Origin: Orbicella franksi
Taxonomy: Eukaryota
DNA length: 64,000 nt
Reading direction: 5' to 3'
Assembly: GCA_964199315.1 (NCBI GenBank)
Contig: OZ116706.1
Coordinates: 5,828,001 to 5,892,000 of the forward strand
The notes beneath the pieces were generated by a model. It saw nothing but the letters and a program-made list of their open reading frames with translations. It ran no database searches and was not told the origin of the DNA. Both the position numbers and the translations under genes were made by a program. Positions 38,929-52,800 of this stretch are shown piece after piece. Position 1 is the first letter of the stretch, and each line of letters starts with the position of its first letter.

Positions 38929-41013
38929 CATGCCCTCAGCACGTTAACCCTCTAGGTTGCAAGTGATCAATTTCATATATCAATTATTCATTCCAGATTC
39001 TCAGTTAAAATGTTCATTTTTCCCTTGTTCTCTCAAATCCTATAATCCTTTATTTGCCTTTCTCCTGCCGGCATAAACATGACAAAAAAATCATCACTGC
39101 AAACCTTACCCTCACACCATTGTCAGATCGCATGAAACATCGAAGGCAAACGAGGAGAGACCTGTATGGATAACGCCCCTTCAGTCTGGTTGGCCTCGTT
39201 TTCATAAGCTTGTTTTTTTCAGTTCATATTTTACTATAGTCGTGTCCCTGTAATTTACCATCAGAAAGGCATACAATGAATTATTCGTTTTGATTTGTGT
39301 TACAGGTAAGTTCTGTTACTTAATTAAGTGTTTCTTCTGAATGACGAAGGGCAGTTTAAAATGGAAGTACGTCGTTTCGCAAGGTTGGAGGTTTCTCTCT
39401 ACATTCAGAAAGTAAAGGTGAAAGATTGCGTCTTTTTATGTGGTTTTGAAGTACGTCTGGTTTCCAGAGTATGTGATGCAAAGAGTGTTACTTTAAAAAA
39501 CAAGAAAGGGGGTAATCTAAGAGACCGAAAGTCTCCCAGACTAAAGTTGGTGAAAGAGAAAATGGCCCTTTCAAGTTAATTAGATTTGTACTAAGCTTTC
39601 AAGCCAAGTGGTTATGTAATGAAACACTGGATCGAACAAATATTCTGCAAGAAGTGGTGGATGGTGTAAAGAGATCATTGAATACTGATCCCCACAAAGC
39701 AAACTAAAGGTTACCAAAAGTAAGGATTCTGAGAGGCATAGATTTCCTCTCTTTTAGTCTCGTAGGGTAAAAGTCATCCATGTTCTTTTATTCGAGATGG
39801 AAAATTTCTACCATGAGATGGTTTTTTTCAAAGTCAAAGGTGTAATTTTTGTTCTTTACACAAGACTTAGTCAGGCATAGTAAAGCTGCTTTCAGTTTTA
39901 AACCGCATCTATTAAAATAAACGCCACGCAATGCATGTACTTGTAGAGACGATGACGTTTAACGTTGACGTTGGCTATCTTGGACATTGCAAAACAAACA
40001 AACGGATGCATAAGGTAAATAAAAGTAACTAAAATTGGTACAAAATGTCTGTAGCAGGAGCGAGACGTGTTAAAAAAATGGGTGCAAGGACAAGGGGAAT
40101 TGATTTTGCTGTTGCTGTTGTTCGTTTTAGCTTTGAGCCATACAATAAAATAAAATTCCTGCATGTAGGGCACCAACAAAAAATTTGACTTTCCTGACGG
40201 TTCTGATTATTATCAGCCATTTAGCGATGTTTGCTGCATTGCAGACCCATTCACCATTTTATCGTCATTCAACCAAAACTCACTTTTTGAGAGAAATTAC
40301 TAGTTTAGAATTTGATTGTCAGATTAAGATGAACGGTTATAAAAAGCTACTGAGTGGCTGCTCTTGTCTTTCATTATACGGCGCATTTCGACTTACTGTC
40401 TTCAAAAACGGCACTATTGATTTCTTTTACTTGTATTCTGTTTCTTAGATTTCTGCCTTATTGCGTTAGTGATTGAGCGTGTGCGATGTTTTAATACTCA
40501 TACGACACCTTCATGATGCCGTGCTTCAACAATTTTTTCCTTGTGCTTATATTGTTATTGCAATGCCTCTACTACCTTTATTCGCTGGAAGACAAGTTCA
40601 TTTAGTGTGTACTCGATCAAGGTCAACGATTCAGCCATACTACAGAGGATCGTGACATATGGAAAAATGTACAATTATTTGTTTGATTGTATACTTGTTC
40701 TTCTTCCCTGCTTGTCTGATACGTAACTGGCGCCTGTATACCAGTGGAACGAAGCATTCAAGTTGATAGGTTACGTGGGGTCTGGGTAATGGTTATGACG
40801 GAGGCGGGCGGCGGTAAGGGAATCATGGGACAGTAACAAGGTAGTTGTATGTCAGAAAAAGTCTGTCAACTTTTTTCGTGCTATTCGTTCCTTTATTCCC
40901 CGTCGTATGGCTGCGATTTCAAAATCTGCTGACTGTTTGATTGCGTTAAACGTTGTGCAACTTCTCTACCCACGCTCACAGAAAAGATGCCGTCATGATG
41001 ACGAGATTGTCTA

Positions 41014-41023
41014 GGGAATTCCC
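41014..41023. promoter_or_regulatory. NF-kB site upstream of B2
   Basis: GGGAATTCCC, about 383 bp before the ATG at 41397. Confidence 0.6.
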
Positions 41024-41396
41024 CCAGGACGTCAACCAAGAATTTCCATCGTCATCACTATTTAAACTGAGGTTCGTAATATTCTCACTGAGACAAGTAA
41101 AATCGACTTATTTGGTGAGTATAGTTCATTATCATAGTAAAGTCATGACTTATTCATCTCCATCAAACGGAAGGGTAAATTAAGTGTCAAATTAATAGTG
41201 ATTTTAAATCGCTTACATTTGTATAGGCGTCGCTTCGATTAGATTACGATTAGTAGTGTATACGATATTAATTGTTATTATCTGGTCGTGTTTTAAGCTG
41301 AAACGTCTGATTACCTTTGCAGTAGCCGTTTTACTTCGGAGCAGAATATTCAAAGTGAACTTACCAGAACAAATCGTGAGGAAGACTGAACCCCCG

Positions 41397-44088
41397 ATGT
41401 GTTGCTTCAGAATCGTAACGAGAACAGTTTTTATGGCAGCCCTGGTAAGTTTGCGTAGTTTAAGGACTTTTAATGTCATTTCGCCGAGCTTTTTCGGTCA
41501 TAGCTATTGACGAATGGTTGTTATTGCAGTATACGTATTATGTTTTATTAGGGTCGCATAACCTCATAAAGTTAACACGTTCCATTGAGCGATAAGATAT
41601 CTATTGTGTCATGCGAACAACACAATTGAAAGACAGCCTCGCTTATCGTGACAAGGCCACAGGTCCAGTATTTTGCTAATTCAACTCCAGCCACACTTGT
41701 AAGCATGCGTTCCACCAATTTCCTGTTCAGTTTAATTTGCCCAATTGCAACTGATCATTATAAAACCGCAGAAATGTGAATTGTTTTTTTTTTTTTTATA
41801 TCATTTCGTATTTTGTCTACCTGGGAAGAGTCAAGAAGAATTCGTTTGTTTATGATTTTGTGGGACGTCGGCCTTTGCCACTGATTTATTTTGTCTCATT
41901 TTCTTTATTGGTTGAAAAAATTACTTGATAGATAAATGAAAAAAACACACAAAAAAGCCATAGTATCGCGATCACGTTAACTTTTTGATTCAGAAACTTT
42001 TCATTGTTTCATAGCTCCAAGCTCAAACCAGCTGCTGCTGTGGATGCAAAGATGACGAAGTCACCTGGCGAAGCAATAATGGAACACAGAATGACACATG
42101 CTTGGCTTGTATCGACTGTCCAGATGGAATGGAACCCTCGATTCCTTGCGGAACGGTCGCCAAATATGGAACACATTTACACTGTGTGGCATGTAGAGAG
42201 GGAACCTTTTCCGATACGTACGGCAAAAGACAGTGCAAGCCGTGTTCCGTATGCTCAGTTGGGCGAACAGTCGCACGAAACTGCTCTGTCACCAAGAACA
42301 CGCAATGTGGCTCTTGTAGCCATGGGTATTACGAGAGTAAGATCGTTTTTGATTGTCTGCCGTGTTCTGTCTGTTGTTGGGACGAAAAAGATCAACTCGA
42401 GAGTCAATGCAAAGCCCAGGGTCTACCAAGTCATCGCCACTGCAAACCCAGGCACGAGCGTGGCTGCCAAGCGCCTCGGACAAGCGGGGTAAAAGTGACA
42501 TCTGGCGCGGCAACTGGGCGACCAAATCAAGGAGCTACGAAGAAAAACAGCAGCAACACCACCACGACAACGACGACAACAACAACAACAACAAAAACAA
42601 CAAAAACGACAACAGCAACCGAAGAAAAAGTAGCATCACTTTCACCCACAACAGTCACAACAGACGAGCGTTTCATTAGCAGTAAGACCAGAGATCAAAA
42701 CACGAGTTCCAGCACTCTCTCCACTTCTTCAACTGAGCTGCCAAAAAGAACTGCTTCAGCTACAGGCACTGTTGGCAAAAGCAATCTAGCTTTTAAAAAG
42801 AGCAAAGGTTCTTTGTCAGACAGTAGCGGCGCAAACAAGAATCGAGTCATTAAGGCTGTGAGTGTGAGCATCGCCATTTTAATAATGATTGTATTTGTCG
42901 CCAAGAGGAAGAAAATTGCGGCCTACTTCAAGTGGGCGAGGTGCCATCTCACTTGTGGGTGTAGATCTAGCGACGCTGAACTCGGGGGAGCCACCGAAAG
43001 CTCAGTGCTAGATGACATCAAAGGACAACCTGTGAGTGTCGTGCCTAAAGGAGGTGAGAAGAAATATATACCTTGCTTGTACTTCGCTATTTAATCTGAT
43101 CATCTAATGCACGGATGTATCAATACTTTTGAGCCATAGTCATGATAGTAGTCCTGTATATATATATCGGTAGCTGGGAAAACATGTTGATGCATGTTGC
43201 TAATAGGGGCAGGCCATGCCACGTAGCACCGTTGCTGCAGTACCTAGTATTTTCAGTTTTCAGTCCGAACAAGCAAGGGGGAGGATGCGATACGGACCTC
43301 TCGACGTTTTTCTTTATTAATTTCCTCTGTAAAGCTGAAACTTTCAACTGCGTCTCTTTTATACCTGTTTCTTCGCGTCATTTGATAATGCCACAGTAAC
43401 CACATTTTGACATGCTGGCTGATCTAACTTTCGTCTTTTTCGTAGAATTCTTTCTTTTTCCCCAGTTGTCTGGGCTGATAATATCGCGGAATCAGTAATT
43501 TTTGTCATATTATTATTTAACTACAGAGCGGAGAGGCTTCCTACCATCGCTACTTGATATCGGGAGCGGGAGTGGGAATTTGATTATACCAGTTACTCTA
43601 CCACGTTCCGTTTTTCGTAATGCACCTAGGGCCGGCATTAACCAATTTCCATATCGCAAACCGAAACATGTATTATGCATAGTTCAACGTGGAATATTTA
43701 CGAGCAAATGACGAATGTCATTGATGGTAAACAGTTCTTTAATATTTATTTTCTTTTTCCAGTTCTTATTCCCATGAAAGAGCTCAAGTTCCTCTCTCTC
43801 GACACCTATGACAGAGTGTGGAAACGATTGGACAAAAAGCCAGAAGGAGCAAAGAAGGGTGACTTCAAGCATGTGGCTGCAGAGTTCATGTATACACAGG
43901 AAGACGTTTGGGAACTAGAGAAGGAACTTAGAACTTCCGGATCAGGAAGTCCTTCAAGACAGCTATTGGACGGCCTCGAGACTAGGCGGCCTGAGCTAAC
44001 TGTATTAGAGATGGTTAAAGTGCTGCAAAAACCGAAAATTCAGAGGGACGATATCGTTAAATTGCTAAATGATTATATTTGTAGATAG
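41397..44088 (+). CDS. TNF receptor superfamily death receptor, subtype B, copy 2 (B2), ~470 aa
   Basis: Exons 41397-41444, 42015-43053 and 43763-44088. The structure is the same as B1, with a stalk 10 aa longer. Confidence 0.92.
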
Positions 44089-46531
44089 TCAGTCGCAAGA
44101 ATATGAAAGTTTTTGATACTCAGCCAATATGGTGAGTGAGAGAAGGCTTCAGGACAGTTGCTCACGTCTGGGAGGCCCTTTGCCGTGTCACTTCAACTGC
44201 TGTCACACTATTCTACAATGGGGAGTGGAAGTGATGAAAGTTAGGTGACAGCTGTCAACTTCTGTTTGCTGAAGAAAAGGTTTAAGTTTTAAAATCTCCT
44301 GAGAACAAATACTAACTGGCAGAGCGCGTGTTTTGACTGACTTAAATTAAAGCATTAAAGTACACAAGAATGGCAGAAACCCTAATATTCTGGGTTTGAT
44401 CGCATGAAGTCAGCGCTATTCTTACAATGGAAAGTTAAAAATAGAGAGAATTAAATTAATTTAAATAAGCTATAATGCACAGATTTTCTATGACAAAATG
44501 TTTTACTCCTTTTCTACTGTTGTCCTTGTTTAATTTATATATCGTGCGGTGTTTTCTCCTTAGTTTCTAGATTTAGATTCCTGTGTGTAGAGGTTTATTT
44601 ACTTATAATTCTAAATATTTTAACTCTTATTTCCAACAATGTTGTATCTTATTTACTTTATGTTGTATTGTGCTTGTAGCAATGTGTGGTTGTTCAATTA
44701 AATTAGAAAAAACAAGGAGAAAAACACTTGGCAATTTAATTTAAGCATTGTAAACTTTTACATTCACTGAATATAATACTGAACAATACAAGACAGATCA
44801 TAGTGTCTGGACTTTCCAGAACAATTAGTTGAACAAAGTTCACTAAACTTTTCGAAATATTTATATGTCCATATCTGGGTAAAATAGTGAGTACCGGCGA
44901 AGTTCTTGTTCATTTTTGACTGGTTCTTTACAACGCTTGCAAAAAAAGAGAACCTTACTAGATTAACAAATCTCAGAACAAAAAAATTGTTTGTCTTCAA
45001 TAACACGTAAATGTGCCTTGAACGCTTTGGTTTGAGACCTTCGGACTTTATGAGAGAAAAAGAAAAGTTGTGTTCGTGTTTGTCCTCCTTGTATTTGAAA
45101 TCGTACTTACTAAAGCTTGACTTGCAACAATTGAGCAGTAATGGTATGCAGCGCTTTGCGTCCCTGCTGGTCGACCTAGGGCTTAATATAACGCCAGGTT
45201 TTTTTTGTGACAATGCGTGTACAATAATGGACCAGCTCCCCCCCCCCCCCAGGGGGGTAGCCCTTAAATGGGTATGTGGCGCTGCGAAGGGTATGGTTTT
45301 CAGGCAGTTTAGTCTGGGATAGGGTATAGAAATTAGACAGTTTTGGTCCAGAATAAGGTATAATTTACCGGGAAAGTGGCCAGTGTATAAATAATTTAGT
45401 TCTTTATCGGGGGTTTTAGTAATAGAAATTGAAACTCAAACGTGACACTGTAAGCTAAGATAATGGTTTAGTTAGCATATGTTGGACCAGCATGACGATT
45501 AAGTTTCTGCAAGGAAAATGGTGCCTAGTCTAAAAACATCAGGGTGATCATGGTCTAGTATTGGGTAAGGGTTTCATTGCCCCAGCGGTACACGTCATAC
45601 CTCTACCAAAAGATTTACAGAGAATGTCCCCCTTACCGGGACCTTCATCGTGTCCAGGGTCTCCTTTCCTCCCGCCCCCTGGAGTAGAAGAGAGACCCTG
45701 GGAACGAGGTCGCCGAGATATCTTATAACGCACATACTTTTGATACCAGCGAAATACCTCTGGGAAGATCCTTTCTGTATGGAGCCTTGTTCCTGAGTCC
45801 TTCTAGTTCCCTTCCTAGCCTGGTCCTGTCAAATGAACGTGCTCGCTTGATTCGCTTTATATACTAATCTTTATAGCTTTTTACCCAAGAAATAACTGCC
45901 CTAAAAGGTCCTAAAACCACTGGTTTTCACTGTCAGTTTTAGACCACATTTAATAGGGGAGAAAATTTATGAAGACTGACAAACGTCTTTTGTTGTATGT
46001 TTTTGTTCCCTTTCCTGGCCTAGCCTGCGACACAAACATTCTTCATCACCGTTAAACTATATCGAGGACTTTGTGACACGAGCGTCTGACTGTACTGCGG
46101 GCTATTTTTGGCTTTGACCTCGCAAAAACATAATAGATGTTTCCTTTTGTCTAAGGAACTAACCAATAGGAACGGTTCACGTATAGTCTATTAGGGAAAA
46201 CAAAAGATTGCGCACGAGCATGGAGCCTCCAACATCAATCTTAACATTTTGCTTGCTACTTTGAAGTTTTCAGGGCTGCTTAAACCATTTTCTTCTATTG
46301 ACTACGTTCAAACCGACATGGCCGGTCTGCATGTCTGCATTGGATTTCTTTACAAAAAACAAGATAGACCAGCTATTACTACATTGTACATGCAACAGAG
46401 GGATATTTTTCGGAATAGCACATGGCAGTCCTCTACCAATTTTTTTTCTCATACCTTCACGCATTTTCCACAGAATTCTTGACGATCGTGACAAACCGGA
46501 TCTGCGTTAGCCGTGTGGCCTGGCCTCGGCT

Positions 46532-46542
46532 GGGGAATCCCC
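46532..46542. promoter_or_regulatory. NF-kB site upstream of C1
   Basis: GGGGAATCCCC, 350 bp before the ATG at 46882; an identical site lies upstream of C2. Confidence 0.6.
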
Positions 46543-46881
46543 GAAAATACGACTCCCCTGGGCGCCAGATCCGTTCAGAAGTGAGTTACGTCGATCCGAC
46601 TAAGTTATAACATAAAACGCAACTCATCGTTTAAACCAGGAATAGGCGTCGTTTTACTTGATTTGGTACGTGTTACCATTTACTAAGATATTCCTTGGTC
46701 TTGAGAGACATATTGTCAGACGGTCTGGACAGAAAGCGGAAAACATCATAAGAGGAATATTGTCCTTGAGAAACGAGCCGAATACGTCATAAAGTGGTTT
46801 ACCAAAGTAGCACCTGAAAAGTACTTCAGTTCTCTCGTGCTTTGCTTGAACCTCTTCAAAGAAAATAACTTCCATTCAAAA

Positions 46882-49800
46882 ATGGGACAACGAGTTCAAC
46901 ACTCAGCAAACTTCACTTCGACGAAGTCGCGCCCCAAAGCTGTCTCGGTGGTCACTGCCACGATGAAAGGCTGTTTGGTTTCAGTGAGCTTCGCTATGCT
47001 GGTGAGTACAGAAGTCACAGTCATTTACAGTATATCATTTCTAATGAAGATAGAGACAGTATTAAAAAATAGTTTCACTATTTGTTTTCGTTCTGAAACA
47101 TTGTGAGGAGTTAATTACAGTGCTTGCTTATTTATGCTGAGTCATTATTTTGAGGCGGGTGAACCTTCGTGTTCGCTTGCTTAAGTTTTGAAAACTGACA
47201 AACAGGTTTTTGGTTGTTCATGTTTTCATAATCTTTCCCTCTAGAGAGAAATATACTTTAATGTTGGATCTTTAGTCCACATCTGTCTTATAATATTTAA
47301 GTTTACGTTCTATGCGCGACACGTTCCGGAGCAACAAACGTTCGGCGATTAATTTACATTTTCATCTTTGGATGTCATATCTACGCTGGCTGGAACAACC
47401 AGTAGCTTTTTTTTTCTCGGTTACGTGCAAATTAGTTGGTTAAAATGGCATAATCTGTGAATTTTCGATTTACTATTCTGCACACGATGGTGACCCTTCG
47501 TTTTTCACTTTCGATTTTTTGGTTCAAAAAATGTGCATTACGTGTCATGAGAAACTGAGATTATCACTTACTGTATTGAACGTGGAAGATTCATCACATT
47601 ATACGTCTATGTACGGGCTAAATGGAAATGAAAGAGGTTAGATAGGTTCTTCGCTAAAGTCTGGCTGAACAAGACTTAAATGCATACACAAGATCACATG
47701 ACAGAAATAAGCTGTGTCTCGTGATATGAGACAAAACGTTAATTTTTGCTTCAATGTCTATTTTTTTCCCGCGTGATATGATTTTCTACTATTATTTATG
47801 AAGACAAGCGACCTTATTAGGTTTATAAAGTGATATCTGCGGCTGCTTGCCCGAAATTTTGGGCAAAAACAACGACGAATGCGTCGCGACACAGGGCTAA
47901 AATCGTATTATGACATCAGCCAAAAAAGTATGTCGATCGATGACCTAATTCGTCACATGCCCAGACACAAGGCGGATCTTGTCTGACTAGTCTGACCTAC
48001 TAAACAAACTTGTTTGTCTGACTAAGCATTATGAATTTACTGTCTTTTAATTTATCTCACTCTTGGCAGCAACGTATAGACTACGGGTAGTTTCTCTTTC
48101 GCTCAGCCCGTCCTGCGTGACGTGAAAGAAAACCGCGAGGAAAAAAAATGGCCGCGCGAAATCTTGGGGGCGAAATTTCGCGCGGCCATTTTTTTTCTCG
48201 CGGTTTTCTTTCGCGTCACGCCGGACGGACTGAGCGAAAGAGGCACTACTCGTAGTCTACGTTGCTGCGAAGAGAAACATTGCGTGACGGTTTCGGTTGC
48301 GTTATCATCTTGGATAATGAGATATGCCAGATATTTTCCGCCAAATTAAATACAACTTTTTTTATAACGTTTTTCTTATAAAGAATTTACCAAATTTGGA
48401 CTAAAACAACGACTTTGATCCAAACCAAGGCTTACCGAACTAGAACGAGGGCCCACTAAAAACCTGTGGAAAATTCAAAGCATCTTCACAACAAACCGAA
48501 TGACGTTGAGACGAAACTGGTTTAAAATTGTCTCTGAAAATGATCTAGTTACAAAAGTACTGTCAACGCTTTCTGACTAATGATCTTGAATGTGGCTTAG
48601 TAGTCTATATTACGCAAGCCCATGTACACAAGGTTACTCGATGGAATGGCGAACGATCCCTGGGAGAGGAGGGGGGAGTTTCTTCCATATATGGACTATA
48701 TGGGTACAGTAATAGCCCACGTATAAGAACCCGGATTTTAAGAACCTGTTAGGCTAAAATTTTCATTTTAAGCCTCCTCCACATAAGAACCTATTAAGGC
48801 TGGGTGGGGTTGCTGTAAAAGTGTATAGGTAGAAACTGCTGAGTTAAGATCGTCATCTATTCAAAAGTAACTTGACATAACTTTTTTTTTCTTTCAAGCT
48901 CATTGCTTGAACTTTTTATGAATTTGGTATCAACATCAGTTTCTTTGTTATGTTTTGTTAAGGACATATACTGTACCTGCACTGAACTACCTATAGGCAT
49001 TGCTCTATGGTACAAATAAATGATTTATGCTGTATTATGAGATGATATTTATGATATATATAGTATATTCAGATGAAATTCATATGAAAATATAAGAACC
49101 TATTTTAAGAACCTTGGTAGCCTAAATTTGCTTTAAGTACCATTTATATAACAACCTATTTAGGCTAAATTGAAAAATTCACGCTCTTATACGTGGGCTA
49201 TTACTGTATGTGCTGCGGGATAGAGCAGGGTGTTTGAAGTTCTGGATCCTTAAATAGGGTATCATTTTTGCCCCTGTTGGCATTTTTGTTCCCGGTGTGA
49301 TCCTTTGAAAGGGTACCTTAATTGTGTCGGCTAAAATTGCAGTGCATAAATGCCCAGCTAAACGAAAAGTAAATGAACTGTTAAAACTGAACTATTCGTA
49401 AACTTCCAATGTTACAGAAACGAAATAAAGTTGAACCGTCCACGCCATTCTTGGTTTTTGTTTTTCTCTTCAATAAATTATGTCTGTATGTGCCGCTCAG
49501 CGGGTTGTGATTTCATGCAGGTCTTCTGTCTCATATTCTAGACGTCTCTTAGAAATGGGCATAAAGTTTCGAACGCACGACAAACTTTGCTTTGTGTTCA
49601 GGTTTTTGCAAGTCCACGAAAAAAGAACTAACTTTCAAAAACGAGTTTATGAAGTAAGTTATTTTCTACTCTAAATCTGGCATATTTCTAGAATAGAGTA
49701 TAATTTTGAGACTTTTTGCAGTCTCCCTAAATAGGCCCTTGACACTTAAGCCATCACGTGACTTATTTTGTTTTATAATATTATGGGCTATAACTTAAAG

Positions 49801-52800
49801 AGTGCCAGAGATGGAAAAAGCACGAAATGTTATGACGGTTTGAATTTTCAAAAATTTAAGAAGATTCGTATGAAAAAAGTTGTTGGAGAGCAAGACCTTG
49901 TCCGCAACATAACCTCTAACTAAACTTTCCTAAAACTCCAACTGTTAAATAAGACTTAATCTTAAATACCAGAGACGTGGGCCTCAAACTTGGCCATTAT
50001 ACTATTTCGATATTTTCTTTCCATTTCTGGCATTTTTAAGTTATGGCCCATAATATAAAAATCTTTTTGCTCAAATTTTGTCACGTGATCCCGGCTGCAA
50101 AGTGTTTATCTAGGTTGTAAATTTGTAGACTTGGACCAGGTTGTTCAAAGCCCGATTAGATAGTCCAGGTGATCTTAGTTTTGTAACTTTTCGGTGAGGT
50201 TTTCTGTTTATATTAATTGTCCTTCAGTTTTGAGCTTGAGTTATCTCACACAATACAAATTAAAGGAAGTGAAAAACATTTAAACAAGAACAAATTATGC
50301 TTCGGTTAACTTTTAATCCTGGGTTAGCGTTAACCAGCAATCGAACAACCCAGCGCTGGGTGGCACACTGACACATGTACTCACACGTCGTACCCGGAAT
50401 CTCCACGCCGCCTAGTGCTTAGTCAGCAGTCACCTTCATAGCTGTTAGTCTGGTAACCAGTCTACTGTGAAGGTGACTATGGTTAATATGACACGTACTA
50501 CATATAATTTCTCTCTCCGATTCCAACTTTAGTTTGCTTAGTTGGTTGTCTTTGTTGGGAACATATATCTACCAACCTGGCGACTCTTTTTCTTTAACAG
50601 GTTTGTCATGTCGGAGCAAACTTCTTTCCCTGCAACCCAGAACAGATCCATTGGAATACTACGGTGGGAAAGAGACCGAAATGTTTTGACTGTCCTGATT
50701 GTCTCCCAGGGACAGAGCCTTCAGTCCCGTGTGGGACCTCAGTAAACTACTGGCCAGACATTCACTGTGTTTCGTGCAAACTTGGCAAAACGTACTCTGA
50801 CAAATATGACACATCGCAATGCAAGGCATGTACAATATGTACTAGAGGAAGAGCAGTTAAAAATAACTGCACCTTAACTACAAATACTAAATGTGACAGC
50901 AAATGTGGGCCCGGATTTTATACTGTTCGTTTGATATCTGGCTGTTTCCCTTGCACGCAATGTTGCGGCGATGGAAAGGATGAGTTTGCAGCGGAATGTG
51001 CGAATAACAAGAAGAAGTGTAAAGTGCGGCCTACGCCATGCATCCATGTTGATACAACGCCTTCGAAGCCAGCCAATCGTAATTACAGCTCTTCTAAGCC
51101 AACCAAGCGTAATTACAGCACTTCTAATACCTCAACAACAGTTCAGACAGCAGGTGACAGAACAACAATGACGGTAAATGAAGAAGAGAACTCGTTGTTC
51201 GGAGGAGTCAGCATCTCGATCACGCCAACTTCGGCTTTGGATAACGGAGTGCTAAAAGACGCGAGAGTCGAGTCTGGAAAGCAAGATGGAATAAGTATAG
51301 TTGTGATCCTCTTGATCATAGCTGCAGCATTATGTGTGGTTTTGTCCATCTCAGTGATCGTAAAAAGATTCATACCAGTAAGATATATGCTACGATCTTC
51401 CAGGGAGCAGGATTCAAATAATGAAGGCTGTAACATTTCCCAAGGAGGAACACCACCTCTTCCCCATTCATCGGCGCGGTCTAGTCAGGATTCTGCAACA
51501 CCTTTGCTTAATCGATCAGAGTCACCTCAACCGAATGGATCTGCAACACCTCAGCATATGGTATCTACTCCACTACACACCAATGAAGCTGTATCATCTC
51601 AGCGGAATGAATCTGAATCGCCCGAGCCCAATAAATCTACCACAGTTCATTCCAGTGATTCTTATTCACCTCAGGCAAGAGAATATGAACCACCCCAACC
51701 CAATATATCTAGATCTGTCTCGCCTCAGACTAGTGAATCTGTATCATCTCAACCCGATGGATCTGCATCAACTCACCCCAATCAATCAGCAGCAGCAGCC
51801 GCCCAGTCCAATCGACCTGCTCAAGAACAAGTCAAATCGAATCCAGGTGAGGTATTGTCGATAAAAAGCCAGCATGGCTATTAAAGATTATATAATAACC
51901 CAAGTTATTCTCGCATTTTGATTGGTTCTCGCCTATGATCTATTAGAGGACAGACGCACGATTGACGTCATCATTACAAAGTTTTTCCCTCTGTGTTTTA
52001 AAATGGCGGAAAGTTTTGAGAATTTAGATAATTTAGATACGTGACTGGGCAAAAGATAAGGTACAAAAAAGTCGGGCATTGAAAAGAAACGAGAAGCATA
52101 GTCTAGCAGGAAGGAGAAAGATAAGGCCGTTTCTTTTTTAGAAAATGACTCAGAAAAAATACTCGGCAGTCGAGCGAGACTAAACCAAACACAAAATTGG
52201 TTTTGGTAAGCCGCGAACCACGGCTTTATTTCGAATTTAACAAACCCAATAAATTATTAATTAATTAACCCAATAATACTTGACTTTTCAGCATGTTCTT
52301 TAAAGTGCCTATGAAGTAAAAAATAATTGCTGCTTATTTGAAAGGCCCTTCAAAGTTAAGAAGAATGACGTTTTCCTTTTGCGAATATCTTTTTTTCGTT
52401 TACATATTTACATTTTTGTATTATGCAAATGAGGAAAGTGATGATGTCATAGGTGGTTCCACTAAAACAGCACAACACTCAATCGAGTATAACTCTAGAA
52501 ATATTAAGGCACTGTTCTTTAAACTTGGCATCAGAAATGTACATCACAAACGAAACATAATGAAACCCGTCGTGCCGTTGCCATGACAACAGTTATGCCG
52601 CTGGTTCTGTTTCAATTAAGACTAAAATTCCCGGATTTTATCTTAAACGAGGATCATCCACTCCCGCCAATGTAATGGGAAGTGTTAAGACAATATAAGA
52701 ACCATGCGTGTTCCGAGCAAGACCCTCTGTCCCATTTTTAAAGGTTGCAAATAGGGAAATTTGTTTTTTCACAGAAAGAGACTGAAGCCAAGAGTGTTGC

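Larger units (their letters stand above)
40446..46425 (+). repeat. ~6 kb segmental duplication, copy 2 (promoter, gene B2 and 3' flank)
   Basis: Colinear with 20626-26540. Confidence 0.9.

Noticed and set aside
39328-39720. 83-aa ORF and a nearby exon-like segment
   Set aside because: No domain similarity and no consistent splice chain could be built.
51143-51436. Antisense 97-aa ORFs in both C genes (also 61039-61332) and antisense ORFs over the B exons
   Set aside because: These are shadows of the real coding exon, duplicated with it, with no recognisable domain.
51421-51864. 147-aa overlapping +1-frame ORF, also present at 61317-61760 with the same length
   Set aside because: +1-frame stops need NTA/NTG codons (Leu/Ile/Val/Met) in the main frame, and these are scarce in this S/P/Q/N-rich linker. 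The two copies are paralogs, so the shared openness is not independent evidence.
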